Part shown: one piece after another, positions 28,457 through 37,067 of the stretch
How positions within the stretch are numbered: the stretch's first letter is position 1
How the letters are laid out: the number at the start of each line of letters is the position of its first letter
Source: an uncultured Spirochaetota bacterium
Lineage (GTDB): Bacteria > Spirochaetota > Spirochaetia > SZUA-6 > Fen-1364
Length of the DNA: 64,000 bases
Direction of reading: 5' to 3'
Assembly (NCBI GenBank): GCA_963820525.1
Contig: CAWGAA010000001.1
Location: 1,088,001-1,152,000, forward strand
Notes under the pieces: generated by a model
Seen by the model: the letters and a program-made list of their open reading frames with translations, nothing else
Database searches by the model: none
What the model was told of the DNA's origin: nothing
Program-made: the position numbers and the translations under genes

Positions 28457-29056
28457 TCACTTCTTTGTGTACAGGATGAAACAGCCCTTCACTTTTCGAC
28501 ACTCCAAATCCTGTAGACCAGCCGCGCGAAAAAGCCGTTCCATCTCCCTTCGCGAGTAAAAGTGATAAACACCGAATTTTAAAAAGGGCACAATGCCATT
28601 TGCCAAAACGCGAATGGGATTGGGAAAATCTAATTCCGCAATGAGAAGAAGGCCGTCCGGCTTGAGCACACGCAACATCTCCTTGAGCACCGCCATGGGC
28701 CGCGGGTAATGGTGGAAAGAAGAGGTGCATATCACGACGTCGAATTCGCGGTCGGGCCACGGCAGGAATTCGGAATCGCCGACCACGAGCCGGGCCTTAC
28801 CCGCAAGTCTTTGTCCCGCCTGTTTTATCATCTCGGGAGAGATGTCGATTCCGCTTATTTTTTTTCCTTCTTTCCACAGCATCTCCATGATTCTGCCGTC
28901 ACCGCAGCCCACGTCGAGAAGGGATTCACAGGCGAAACCGTTTATCAGCCGCGCGATTTCCTCATCCGCGTTCGAGCCCATGTGCGCCGTACCGTAATTC
29001 CCCGCCCACCTATCAAATTGCTTTTTTGATTTTTCCTTGTAAACCGCCGCTTGCAT
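28457..29056 (-). CDS. Class I SAM-dependent methyltransferase
   Basis: LLDVGCGDG, GIDIS..MI, FDVV..SFHH, RVLKPDG. Confidence 0.9.
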   Translation of the reverse strand: MQAAVYKEKSKKQFDRWAGNYGTAHMGSNADEEIARLINGFACESLLDVGCGDGRIMEMLWKEGKKISGIDISPEMIKQAGQRLAGKARLVVGDSEFLPWPDREFDVVICTSSFHHYPRPMAVLKEMLRVLKPDGLLLIAELDFPNPIRVLANGIVPFLKFGVYHFYSRREMERLFRAAGLQDLECRKVKGCFILYTKK

Positions 29057-29524
29057 AAATTCCTCCTATACAATAATGGTCATATTATTGATAAAGGCAG
29101 CTGCGAGGGCTGCCCTTTCGTTAGTTAAAGTCCATACATTTTGAGTGCGCCCCGGGCAGAAGAATGATTAAGGCGGCAATAAAAATTAAGTGAAGTGATA
29201 AGTGTATTTATAGCCCTCCATACCGCGGGAGCTTCCGATTCCGCTCACATCCACTCCCCCCACCGGTTTGTTACTCCCTTTCCCGCACCGCCGAACTGAC
29301 GATCAAAGTAGAACCATCGATCGCCAGCGTCAAGATGGGATTTTATCGTGATCGCCCATGCACCAGCGGATCTGTGAGTATAATCGTCCCGCCACAGAGG
29401 GTAAAATCACTACTACGTCGCCCGGCAGGGGAGTAGATCCTACAACCCGATCATCCCTCCACGGGCGGCCCCCGGCCGGCCATTCGTAGGGATGCCAGCA
29501 CCATAAAGGCATATCTTCGCGCGC

Positions 29525-29963
29525 TCAACCAGGGTCCTTGATTAGCCGGACTCTGAATTCCATCCGCAGGAAGGCATGATGACCGTCGCGCAGCAGGTTG
29601 CGCACACAGCACAGGCTCTCGATTGGGTCATGGGTGGTCAGCCTATTCGCAACATCGTATGGTCTTTGGTCGATCACTGCGCGCATCACCGCGGCGCCCT
29701 GACCGTGTACTCCCTGTCGCTCGGAAAAGTGCCCCCGATACCGTACGGCGTCTGAACGGATCGCTGTAACCATACGGCGCACCATCTCGTCATGTCGTCG
29801 CTTTTCTGTAAATCCGGAATCCGAAGCCCAGATGGACCCAGGGGTGTTTGGTGCCTGCTCGTACCCTCACCTTGCCGCCGCGCACAGCGTTTCGTGCGTT
29901 GCGGCAGTCATGAGGCGGTCTTCGATGAGGGCGGGAGGCCCGACGTTAGCCTTCGGTCTGCTG
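29525..29963 (-). pseudogene. 'LIED' ORF remnant, copy 5 (longest, several lesions)
   Basis: APASRPKAN..PPALIEDRL; downstream frames give APYGY and AAVMRAVI..DVANRL. Confidence 0.4.
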
Positions 29964-29986
29964 GCGGGAGCAGAGACTGAGTCGAA
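29964..29986 (+). repeat. att junction 8 (variant core GCGGGAGC plus a short R1 arm)
   Basis: GCGGGAGCAGAGACTGAGTCGAA vs GGGGGAGCTGAGACCGAGTCGAA at 7191-7213. Confidence 0.7.
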
Positions 29987-30139
29987 TGAAACGATCAGAT
30001 GGCCAGGAGCGTGGGTATCTCATCGATTTTATTCTCATAGCAGTAAGTTCTGATATGAAGTGACCTGTCAAGCCTGCCCTCTTTTTTCCTCTTATCTGTT
30101 CCTCCTTGGGCGGGGCATTTCGAGCAAAGGTCGAAGCGG

Positions 30140-30300
30140 CGTTCGACGACGGCTGATCACTCTGATATTCGCGGATCGAGCGTCACTGCCCGCCTGCATA
30201 ATCGTGATCCGTCGGGAGCTGCCTCTGACTAAGAACGCGAGTCCGGTCGATATCGACCTGTCGCATAGAACCTATCGAGGATTCTCCTTTCCGTGTGCCG
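30140..30300 (-). ncRNA. Putative bridge/seek RNA of the IS110 element
   Basis: Non-coding end downstream of the transposase, with two stem-flanked loops holding target-matching (TAGGTTCTA, CTTAG) and donor-matching (ATTATG, ATATCAG) segments. Confidence 0.7.
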
Positions 30301-30362
30301 TGCGACCTTTGCCCGCAATACCCCACCATCATAGCTTGCTTACCTCGGCGCGGCGCACCCTT

Positions 30363-31511
30363 CTACGCCGCGCCTTTTGCCTTCTGCGCCTGAGCGCTTT
30401 CCACGCTCACCCCGATGGCCCAGATGAATCCCAGCATCTCGCGTGCCACCGCAGTAACCACTTCCTGTCTTGATTTGCCTTTGCCCAGCAGGTGCATATA
30501 GCGGCTATGAAGGCGGTGACGTGCCTTCGATGCAACCTCCTGCACTTCCGCACTCAGGCCTTCCTGGCGCTTGCGCATGGCGAGGCTGAGCACTGGTTTG
30601 TAGCGTTGGGACCACGCCGCTTCCACTATGACGCGTCGCAAATGGGCGTTGCCGGTCTTGGTAATCCCTCCGCGGCGAGTCTTGCCGCCGCTGGAATGCT
30701 CGCTGGATACCACCCCGCTGTATCCCATGAGCTGACGCGGGTGCTCAAAGCGCGACAGCGTGCCCAATTCGGCCACGATCGTCACCGCCCCCACCTTCGC
30801 CACTCCCCGAAGCGCCTGCAGCGCTTGGATGAGTTCACGCATGCTCTCCGGCGCCTGCTCGACTGCCTCGTCGATCGCCTTCTCAAGCCGGACAATTCGT
30901 ACGCTAGTATGCTCCACTTCGTTGAGGTAGTCCTCCAAGGTCACCTGCTGGGGCCGCTGATCGAAGCTCACCTCCCGTTTGATCCAGTCGAGGTACTGTT
31001 GCGTCCACGACCGCATTGTCTGCGGCGGGCGTTTGCCATGCCGCAGAAGGTATTTCCCAAGTCGATGGCGAGCTCGGAGTTGGTCTTGCTTTGACGCCTC
31101 CCGCGCACGCACCAGGTCTCGCAGTGCCTCGTGTGCCGCATCGGGCACCCACACCGGCGTTAGCTCCCCAGCCCGAAAGCTGCAAGCCAACCGCTCGGCA
31201 TCCCGCCTGTCGGTCTTCACCCGATCCCCTGCCTTCGTTGGCACCAGTGTCGGCGCTATCACCACACAGGGGATCCCCAGCTTCGTCAGTTGCCAGTACA
31301 GCGTGTAGCCCGTCGGTCCGGCCTCGTAGCAAGCCGCCCACGCGCCCCCCTCATTGAGTTTCTTCACGAGCTTTCGAACGCTCTCCTCCCGATTGGGGAT
31401 GCTCCCGAGCCTGCGGACTGCCTCATCCTTTTCCGCCATCGCCGCCACGATGGTCTCCGCATGGGCATCGAGCCCTACAAAACGCCGCACTGCTGTGATA
31501 GCCTTCTTCAT
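30363..31511 (-). CDS. IS110-family DEDD transposase/recombinase
   Basis: FVGLDAH, YEAGPTG, KTDRRDA, SEHSSG..RRGGITKTGN. Confidence 0.95.
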   Translation of the reverse strand: MKKAITAVRRFVGLDAHAETIVAAMAEKDEAVRRLGSIPNREESVRKLVKKLNEGGAWAACYEAGPTGYTLYWQLTKLGIPCVVIAPTLVPTKAGDRVKTDRRDAERLACSFRAGELTPVWVPDAAHEALRDLVRAREASKQDQLRARHRLGKYLLRHGKRPPQTMRSWTQQYLDWIKREVSFDQRPQQVTLEDYLNEVEHTSVRIVRLEKAIDEAVEQAPESMRELIQALQALRGVAKVGAVTIVAELGTLSRFEHPRQLMGYSGVVSSEHSSGGKTRRGGITKTGNAHLRRVIVEAAWSQRYKPVLSLAMRKRQEGLSAEVQEVASKARHRLHSRYMHLLGKGKSRQEVVTAVAREMLGFIWAIGVSVESAQAQKAKGAA

Positions 31512-31604
31512 GACCGCCTCCTTCGTATGTAGCTCTGCGCTACTTTCACCCGATCGCAGCGCAATCTACGATGCTACGATCGGGGCGGTCACTTCATTAT
31601 GACT

Positions 31605-31678
31605 AAGCTCGTCCAATAGGGGGAGCTGAGACAGAGTCGAACTGGCTCTCTTTGGCTAAGACCATGGGGAGCCGGTTC
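31605..31678 (+). repeat. att junction 9 (core 31619-31626) with R1 arm and hairpin 31639-31678
   Basis: CCAATAGGGGGAGCTGAGACAGAGTCGAACTGGCTCTC...GGGAGCCGGTTC. Confidence 0.85.
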
Positions 31679-31872
31679 TTCTTCGGCCTCTTCCACGCCG
31701 GCTCCTTTCAAATAGTGCTAGAATACTTTGTTGTTTCTGCGAGGTGCAAATACTACCAGTGTCAACGCTCGGTGAGCTGCGCAGACTAGGTCATCAGGAA
31801 TCTGCCGGATGGCTATGGAAGCTTGTCGCAGACCAGGGAAAGATGTAGACTTCACATGAGAGGCCACTTGTC

Positions 31873-32073
31873 ATGATGATAGATACAGAGAGAGAAGAGG
31901 ATGGCCGCTGGATCGCCGAGGTTCCCGATTTACCTGGTGTGTTGGTCTATTCAACAACACGGACCGCGGCGATTGCGAAAGCAAAGGCTATGGCTCTTCG
32001 GGTCATAGCCGATAGGCTCGACCACGGCGAAGAGGTGCCGGAGCTCAATAAGCTATTTCCTACTCCCGCATGA
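31873..32073 (+). CDS. hicB: HicB-family antitoxin
   Basis: EREEDGRWIAEVPDLPGVLVY.TR..A.AKAKA.ALRV.ADRLDHGE. Confidence 0.9.
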   Translation: MMIDTEREEDGRWIAEVPDLPGVLVYSTTRTAAIAKAKAMALRVIADRLDHGEEVPELNKLFPTPA

Positions 32074-32285
32074 CACGATGGCGATCCGTCAAGGCGCGCA
32101 CCGTCCTCAGCGCTCTGCATCGATTGGGCTGGGTGATCAAGCGCGAGACGGGAGGTTCGCACAGAGTTCTCTCTCGTCCGGGATTTCCTGACTTTGTATT
32201 TGCTTTTCATGAGGGCGAAGAAATCGGGCCTCGAATGCTGGCAAGAATCTCAAAACACACCGGACTTAGCCCAGAAGACTTGTAA
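32070..32285 (+). CDS. hicA: HicA-family toxin
   Basis: AL.RLGW.IKRETGGSHRVL..FAFHEGEEIGPRMLARI.K.TGL; ATGA overlap. Confidence 0.9.
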   Translation: MTRWRSVKARTVLSALHRLGWVIKRETGGSHRVLSRPGFPDFVFAFHEGEEIGPRMLARISKHTGLSPEDL

Positions 32286-32455
32286 CAAGGCAAGGGGCGA
32301 GCCAACAAATTTCTTCACGTAGATGGTGCACTCGTTTAGGACCCAAGACAGTCCACCTTTGAGCTATGCCATCGCCTGGAACCCCGAGGGGGCAGCTACC
32401 TGTCAGGTTACGTTGCTTCTAGATGGAAAAAGCAGTTGAAAAATCTCCCGGAGAA

Positions 32456-32770
32456 TCAAACCGCAGGCTTTGTGGTGCTGGATAGCCAAATCGCGTCCTG
32501 TTCAATCCTGCTCTTCACAACCCAGTGTTCGCCGTAGTCGTAGCCGCAGAGCATTTGGCTGGGAAGCTCGTGCCCGTTTCCCCCATGTGGGATGCCAAAC
32601 TCGTTCAATGCCGCTATCACAACTGAACAGCCCACAGCGGCTTTGCGGGCGATGTTCAGCGCGGGCAGGTGTGGACCGCAGATGGGCTGTTCCGTGTCGA
32701 TATGATCCCGAAGGCGGAATAATGACGGCAGTTGCAAAGTGTCCTCGATTAGGCGTATGAAGGGGGGCAC
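32456..32770 (-). pseudogene. 'LIED' ORF remnant, copy 6 (best preserved)
   Basis: FIRLIEDTLQLP..GPHLPALNIARKAAVGCSVVIAALNEFGIP..GNGH..SQMLCGYDY..VVKSRIEQDAI; HTH-like segment then a G.DY motif. Confidence 0.6.
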
Positions 32771-32861
32771 TAACCTCCTGGTCGGCGGTTCAAGTCCGTC
32801 CGGGGGAGCTGAGACCGAGTCGAACTGGCCCTTTTATGGTTAACACCAAAGAGGGCCAGTT
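32771..32861 (+). repeat. tRNA-Asn 3'-half plus R1 arm direct repeat (att junction 10)
   Basis: 35/39 identical to 7160-7198, then near-identical to 7199-7251 with a compensatory stem change. Confidence 0.95.
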
Positions 32862-32937
32862 GTGTCTTACCGTCATTTCACGGAGCGGAAGAAATGGTCC
32901 GACAGACGTTGGAGAAGCACCACCTCCTGCGATTGGA

Positions 32938-33216
32938 CTACTGGCTGCGCCACTCCATTCTCTCGTACACATCCTTTCGGTGGCAAATACCGAGAATCAG
33001 GATGTCCAAGCTTTCAATCTTCAGAACGATCCGATAGTCCCCAACCCTCAGCTTTCTGTAGCCTTCCAATGTTCTTCGGAGCGGCTCCGAGTACTTCTCC
33101 GGGGACAACAAAAGCCTCTGCTCGATGGCGGTCTTGATTCGTTTCTGAATGGTCCGGTTGAGTTTGGGAATATCCTTCGCTTTGACGTCAGGGTGATACC
33201 GGAGGCGGTAGGGCAC
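32938..33216 (-). CDS. relE: RelE/ParE-family toxin (paralogue of 13404-13682)
   Basis: 79/92 aa identical by manual count. Confidence 0.9.
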   Translation of the reverse strand: MPYRLRYHPDVKAKDIPKLNRTIQKRIKTAIEQRLLLSPEKYSEPLRRTLEGYRKLRVGDYRIVLKIESLDILILGICHRKDVYERMEWRSQ

Positions 33217-33218
33217 CT

Positions 33219-33446
33219 CTATTCCCAGACTTCAGCGTGCGTCAAGGTTTTGCGACCGGCCAGCGCCGCAACGCGCGCATCCGCGACGTGGACCAGCACG
33301 GCATCCTCATGGATTTCCAGAGCTTCCCGGACTAAGTCCCGTGTCACCATGGACAGGGACAATCCTCTCGCGTGAGCCATTCTCTCGATCAGGGAATAAA
33401 TCGGTTTCTCCAGAGCAACGTTGATGCGCGGATTCTTGGTAGGCAT
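33219..33446 (-). CDS. RHH antitoxin (paralogue of 13685-13912)
   Basis: 61/75 aa identical by manual count; promoter TTGCCA-17-TACACT at 33465-33493. Confidence 0.85.
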   Translation of the reverse strand: MPTKNPRINVALEKPIYSLIERMAHARGLSLSMVTRDLVREALEIHEDAVLVHVADARVAALAGRKTLTHAEVWE

Positions 33447-33507
33447 TACGTACCTCCAACTCCGAGTGTAACACTTATGAGACACCCTGGCAAGAGCCCG
33501 GCAAGGC

Positions 33508-33566
33508 TTAAACGGCCAGGAGAGCGGGTATCTCTTCGATCCTGTGCTCGTAGCAGTAAGAGTTCG
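33508..33566 (-). repeat. Orphan 'YCYE' att arm lacking its core
   Basis: YCYEHRIEEIPALLAV*; 33514-33560 is 39/47 identical to 30001-30047. Confidence 0.8.
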
Positions 33567-33592
33567 GTCACCGATGCTACCTTCCAGCCCTC

Positions 33593-33786
33593 CTACGCTC
33601 CCACAGGGGCTTGAATCCCGAGTATCCTGCGAATCCCCTGGCGGTCGCCCTCTTGATAGTCGTGTGCCTCGGCACGGGTGCGTGTGATTGTGTTCTTGGA
33701 TTTACCCAAATGTCATGGTGACTTCCGTGATGGTTGAGAAAACAGCCGTGCAAGCGAAGGTGCCTTTCAAGCGCCCTCCGATTCAT
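33593..33786 (-). CDS. hicA: HicA-family toxin (apparent frameshift in the G-run near 33637)
   Basis: MNRRALERHLRLHGC..HHGSHHDIWVNP..APVPRH; adding one base restores RGIRRILGIQAP. Confidence 0.8.
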
Positions 33787-33995
33787 GCTTTCACCCCAGC
33801 CAACTTTTTAATCAGTTTTCGTCGGGAGGCAGCAAGAGCAGCCAGAGCGTCTCGCGCATTCTCGAAGGCTTCCTTGACGGTATCCGCCTCGGTGATAAGT
33901 TGGGGGTCAAGGGGAGACGTCACAACGTACCCGCCCTCTTCGGCTTCCTGAAGAGTGAGAACGACTTTTCCGCCGCTCACAGTGCATTGTTTCAT
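33783..33995 (-). CDS. hicB: HicB-family antitoxin
   Basis: LQEAEEGGYVVTSP.DPQLITEADTVKEAFENARDA; promoter TTGACG-18-TATCCT at 34003-34032. Confidence 0.85.
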   Translation of the reverse strand: MKQCTVSGGKVVLTLQEAEEGGYVVTSPLDPQLITEADTVKEAFENARDALAALAASRRKLIKKLAGVKA

Positions 33996-34219
33996 CGTAA
34001 TTAGGATATGCCTCAGTTGGCTCTTGCGTCAATCGCTCTCCTCAAACGGTTGATGACGACAAAGGGGAAGGTGTCACTACGCTTCGATTGAAAGAAGATG
34101 GGTTTGTGGCTGGCACGATGATAAAACCGTCTTTCCCGTTTCCGACAGATTTATACCTTCTCTTCATGCAGCAGTATGCCGCGATGGCACAAAGGGCCGC
34201 GTCGATGAAATCGATCGAA

Positions 34220-34366
34220 TCAAGCGCGTGTGTCGTCTCGCAACATCTCCCCGCGCCAGTCGCTCACGTTAAGCGGCGGATTGGCGAGTATGAAGTCCGC
34301 CTTGAGGTCGGGGTGACGGTCGTTGTGGAAGGTGTCGCCGTGGTCGATCCGGCTGTCGATGCCGCG
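34220..34366 (-). pseudogene. hsdM: Type I restriction-modification methyltransferase fragment
   Basis: [39 protein letters not shown]. Confidence 0.75.
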
Positions 34367-34494
34367 GAGAAGGGGAGGTTTCCCGCGAAGCTTCAAGGGC
34401 ATAGAGCCATGACACGGACAAGGTTTTCGCATCCGCCAAACGGGTGCTTGCGGTCGTCGCGCATTGGGTCGAAGCCTGATCGGCCGAAACGAGA

Positions 34495-35661
34495 CTACCC
34501 GGTCCCGGCAAATTGCGGAAGCGGAGCCGCAGTCCGCTCGATGTGACGGGCCGTGAGGCGCCAGAGCGACGTCAGCTCCGCCGCGCGTGCCACGTGGAGC
34601 GGGTCGGTGTCATCGGAAACCCGCGGATGGTTCGGCCGTACATCCATCCGTCCCGCGTCCGTCAATCCCGCCTCGTCGAATGCGGCGAGCAGCCCGGCCC
34701 GCGAACGCAGGCCCAGATGCTCGGCGAGATCCGAGAGCACCAGCCAACCCTCGCCCCCCGGCTCCAGGTGCGATGCCAGTCCGCCGAGGAATCCGCGCAG
34801 CATGCGGCTCTCGGGATCGAAAACCGCATGCTCGATGGGGGAGCTTGGCCGCGCCGGGATCCAGGGCGGGTTGCAGACGATGAGCGGAGCCCGCGCCTCG
34901 GGGAAGAAATCCGCCTGCACGACCTCCACCCGCCTGTCCAGCCCGAGCCGCGTGAGGTTCTCGCGGGCGCACGCCAGTGCGCGGGGGTCCCGATCGGTGG
35001 CCACAACGCGCGCTATGCCCCGGCGGGCAAGCACCGCGGCCAGCACGCCGGTCCCGGTGCCGATATCGAAGGCCAGATCCCGCGAGGGCAACGGCGCTTC
35101 GGCCACCAGACCCACGTACTCTGCGCGAACCGGCGCGAACACGCCGTAGTGCGGGTGGATGCGGCCGCCAAGCGCCGGGATCTCGATGCCCCTCTTGCGC
35201 CACTCATGCGCGCCGATCAGGCCCAGCAACTCCCGCAGCGAGGCGACGGAGGGCCCCTCTCCCGGGCCGTAGGCCTCCACGCACGCTTGCCGCATGTCCG
35301 GTGCCCGTCGCAGGGGGATGCCGTAGTCGCCCTCGATCGGTATCAACAGCATCCCCAGCGTGCGTGCGCGCCGGTACTGGACCTGGCGATATAGATGGAA
35401 GGCTACGGCCGGCGACGAGGCCGGCTTGCGGGGCTTGCGGTCGGCGCGCCGCGCCAGCGCCTGCAGCAACTGGCGTGCGTTCTGGAAATCGCCCCGCCAG
35501 AGCATCGCGGTGCCCCCACAGGCAAAACGATATGCGTCGTCGGCCGTCATGAGGTCGGTGGCGATGATCATGCGCTTGGGCGGCGGCGCCCCGTTCTCGG
35601 AGTGCCAACGGGCGACGCGGGCCTTCCCTTCCTCGGTCCAGGCAACGACCGGACAAGCCAT
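34495..35661 (-). CDS. Class I SAM-dependent methyltransferase (MTS-like)
   Basis: [30 protein letters not shown]; very high GC. Confidence 0.85.
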   Translation of the reverse strand: MACPVVAWTEEGKARVARWHSENGAPPPKRMIIATDLMTADDAYRFACGGTAMLWRGDFQNARQLLQALARRADRKPRKPASSPAVAFHLYRQVQYRRARTLGMLLIPIEGDYGIPLRRAPDMRQACVEAYGPGEGPSVASLRELLGLIGAHEWRKRGIEIPALGGRIHPHYGVFAPVRAEYVGLVAEAPLPSRDLAFDIGTGTGVLAAVLARRGIARVVATDRDPRALACARENLTRLGLDRRVEVVQADFFPEARAPLIVCNPPWIPARPSSPIEHAVFDPESRMLRGFLGGLASHLEPGGEGWLVLSDLAEHLGLRSRAGLLAAFDEAGLTDAGRMDVRPNHPRVSDDTDPLHVARAAELTSLWRLTARHIERTAAPLPQFAGTG

Positions 35662-35869
35662 AATTCACGACTATGGCATTCAAACAGGGAATAGGCTACA
35701 TATCTCCCGTGCCGCAAAGTGCAAGTCCGCCAATATGCCTGCGGAAAACCGATACGGCCCATGTCGATCGTACGAACCACAATGGGAGCGCTCCCGGTGA
35801 CAAGCGACCTACCGGACCGTCTCATCGGGCCGCCATCCGAGGGCCTGGTAGTGTTTGCCGCAGCGTTTT

Positions 35870-36190
35870 TCAGATAAGGAGCGTCACAACCCCGCTCCAG
35901 AATCTCGGCGTGCGGCGCGTCGCTCTCTTCGGATCGACCGCGCGGGGCGATGCCGTCCCGATTCGGATGTAGACCTCCTTCTGGAATTCGATAAGGGCCG
36001 TAAAACCTTCGACGCATTTATGGATGCCGCCGACATCCTGACGCCGGAATCCTTCGATGACCGGAGAAGAGCACGGGTCCGGTCGGAGGCCGTGTACTTT
36101 GAAATCAAAGTCGTGATCTTCTGCGGGACATCGTAGCGGAAGCGCGCCTTCCCACGGAGCCTCGATATCATCGGAGAAGCGGTCAGTGGT
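35870..36190 (+). pseudogene. Decayed MNT nucleotidyltransferase / HEPN (DUF86) toxin-antitoxin pair
   Basis: GVRRVALFGSTARG/RPDSDVDLLLEF across a frameshift; SLDIIGEAV fragment follows. Confidence 0.7.
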
Positions 36191-36479
36191 TGACTATATA
36201 CTTTCCACGATGTCGTCATCAGCAAAATTCCAGACCTCCATGCTTCGGTAGCCAATATCCTGATTGAAGACGAGTCGACAACCAAGTAACCCGGTTCAAG
36301 CGATAGGAAAAACCGCAAGCGCCCCCTATGTTCAACACAGGTCCAGCACGTGGAAGGGATGCCACAGAAAATGTCCCCCCGGGGGAACGTCGTTGGGGTA
36401 CGGTAGACGGCAGCCCGACGCTTCAGACAGAGTAGGAACGATATTACGAAAGGTCTTCTCGCTGTCCTCCTCGTAGCAC

Positions 36480-36901
36480 GTCTGGCGTCGCTCCCCGGCA
36501 ACACCGCTCCCGTCCTGTGCGGTGCCGCAGCAGTGCTCGGCCACGTCTTCCCCGTTTTTGCAGGCTTTCGAGGCGGCAAAGGGGTGGCGACCGCGGCTGG
36601 GGCGAGCGTGGTTCTGTTCCCCACTCTGGCCCCATTCTGCCTGGCTGCCTTAATCCTGGTGGCTGTCGTGAGCCGCCGGGTGTCCCTCGCTACCCTGTCG
36701 GCCGCATTCCTCCTACCGACGAGCAATATTATAGCGAGCTTTGTGCTCGGGTCCCTCGAGTGGTGGAAAGCATCTTTCAGTGTCTTTGTCTTCCTTGTGA
36801 TGCTCATTACCCATCGCGGGAACATCGTGCGGCTGATCAGAGGAGAGGAGCCGAAGCTCGACTTTGCACGCCTGTTCCGCAGGCACGAGCCACCGGGCTG
36901 A
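36480..36901 (+). pseudogene. plsY: Glycerol-3-phosphate acyltransferase PlsY, C-terminal half only
   Basis: AVLGHVFPVF.GFRGGKGVAT..G; H.GNI.RL..GEE. Confidence 0.8.
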
Positions 36902-37067
36902 AAGCAAAGCCGTGGGCATCAGCTCCCGTGGGAGCAGCCTCCGGATTCCCGTACGCATGGAGGAACGGCGGCTAAACCCCTGGCGCAGCCCGTTTCCGGG
37001 CTTTCCGTTGTACTTTTCGATTTCAGCGCGAGTATATTAATGCAGAACGTAAGGAAAGGAGAATCAG

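Larger units (their letters stand above)
30052..31604 (-). mobile_element. IS110-family insertion sequence, IS1111 type, apparently intact
   Basis: Perfect 11-bp subterminal IR ATGAAGTGACC (30055-30065)/GGTCACTTCAT (31587-31597); CT core at 30050-30051 and 31603-31604; the rejoined flanks match 28006-28084. Confidence 0.92.

Noticed and set aside
29092..29160. Hairpin plus GTGCGCCCCGGGC as another att site
   Set aside because: No second copy or matching tRNA in the window.
32298..32418. Integron attC-like site after hicA (GCCAAC...GTTGC)
   Set aside because: L boxes do not pair convincingly; no integron integrase or second attC seen.
32771..32809. Additional tRNA genes at the repeats
   Set aside because: No 5' acceptor strand or D-arm; T-arms are degenerate.
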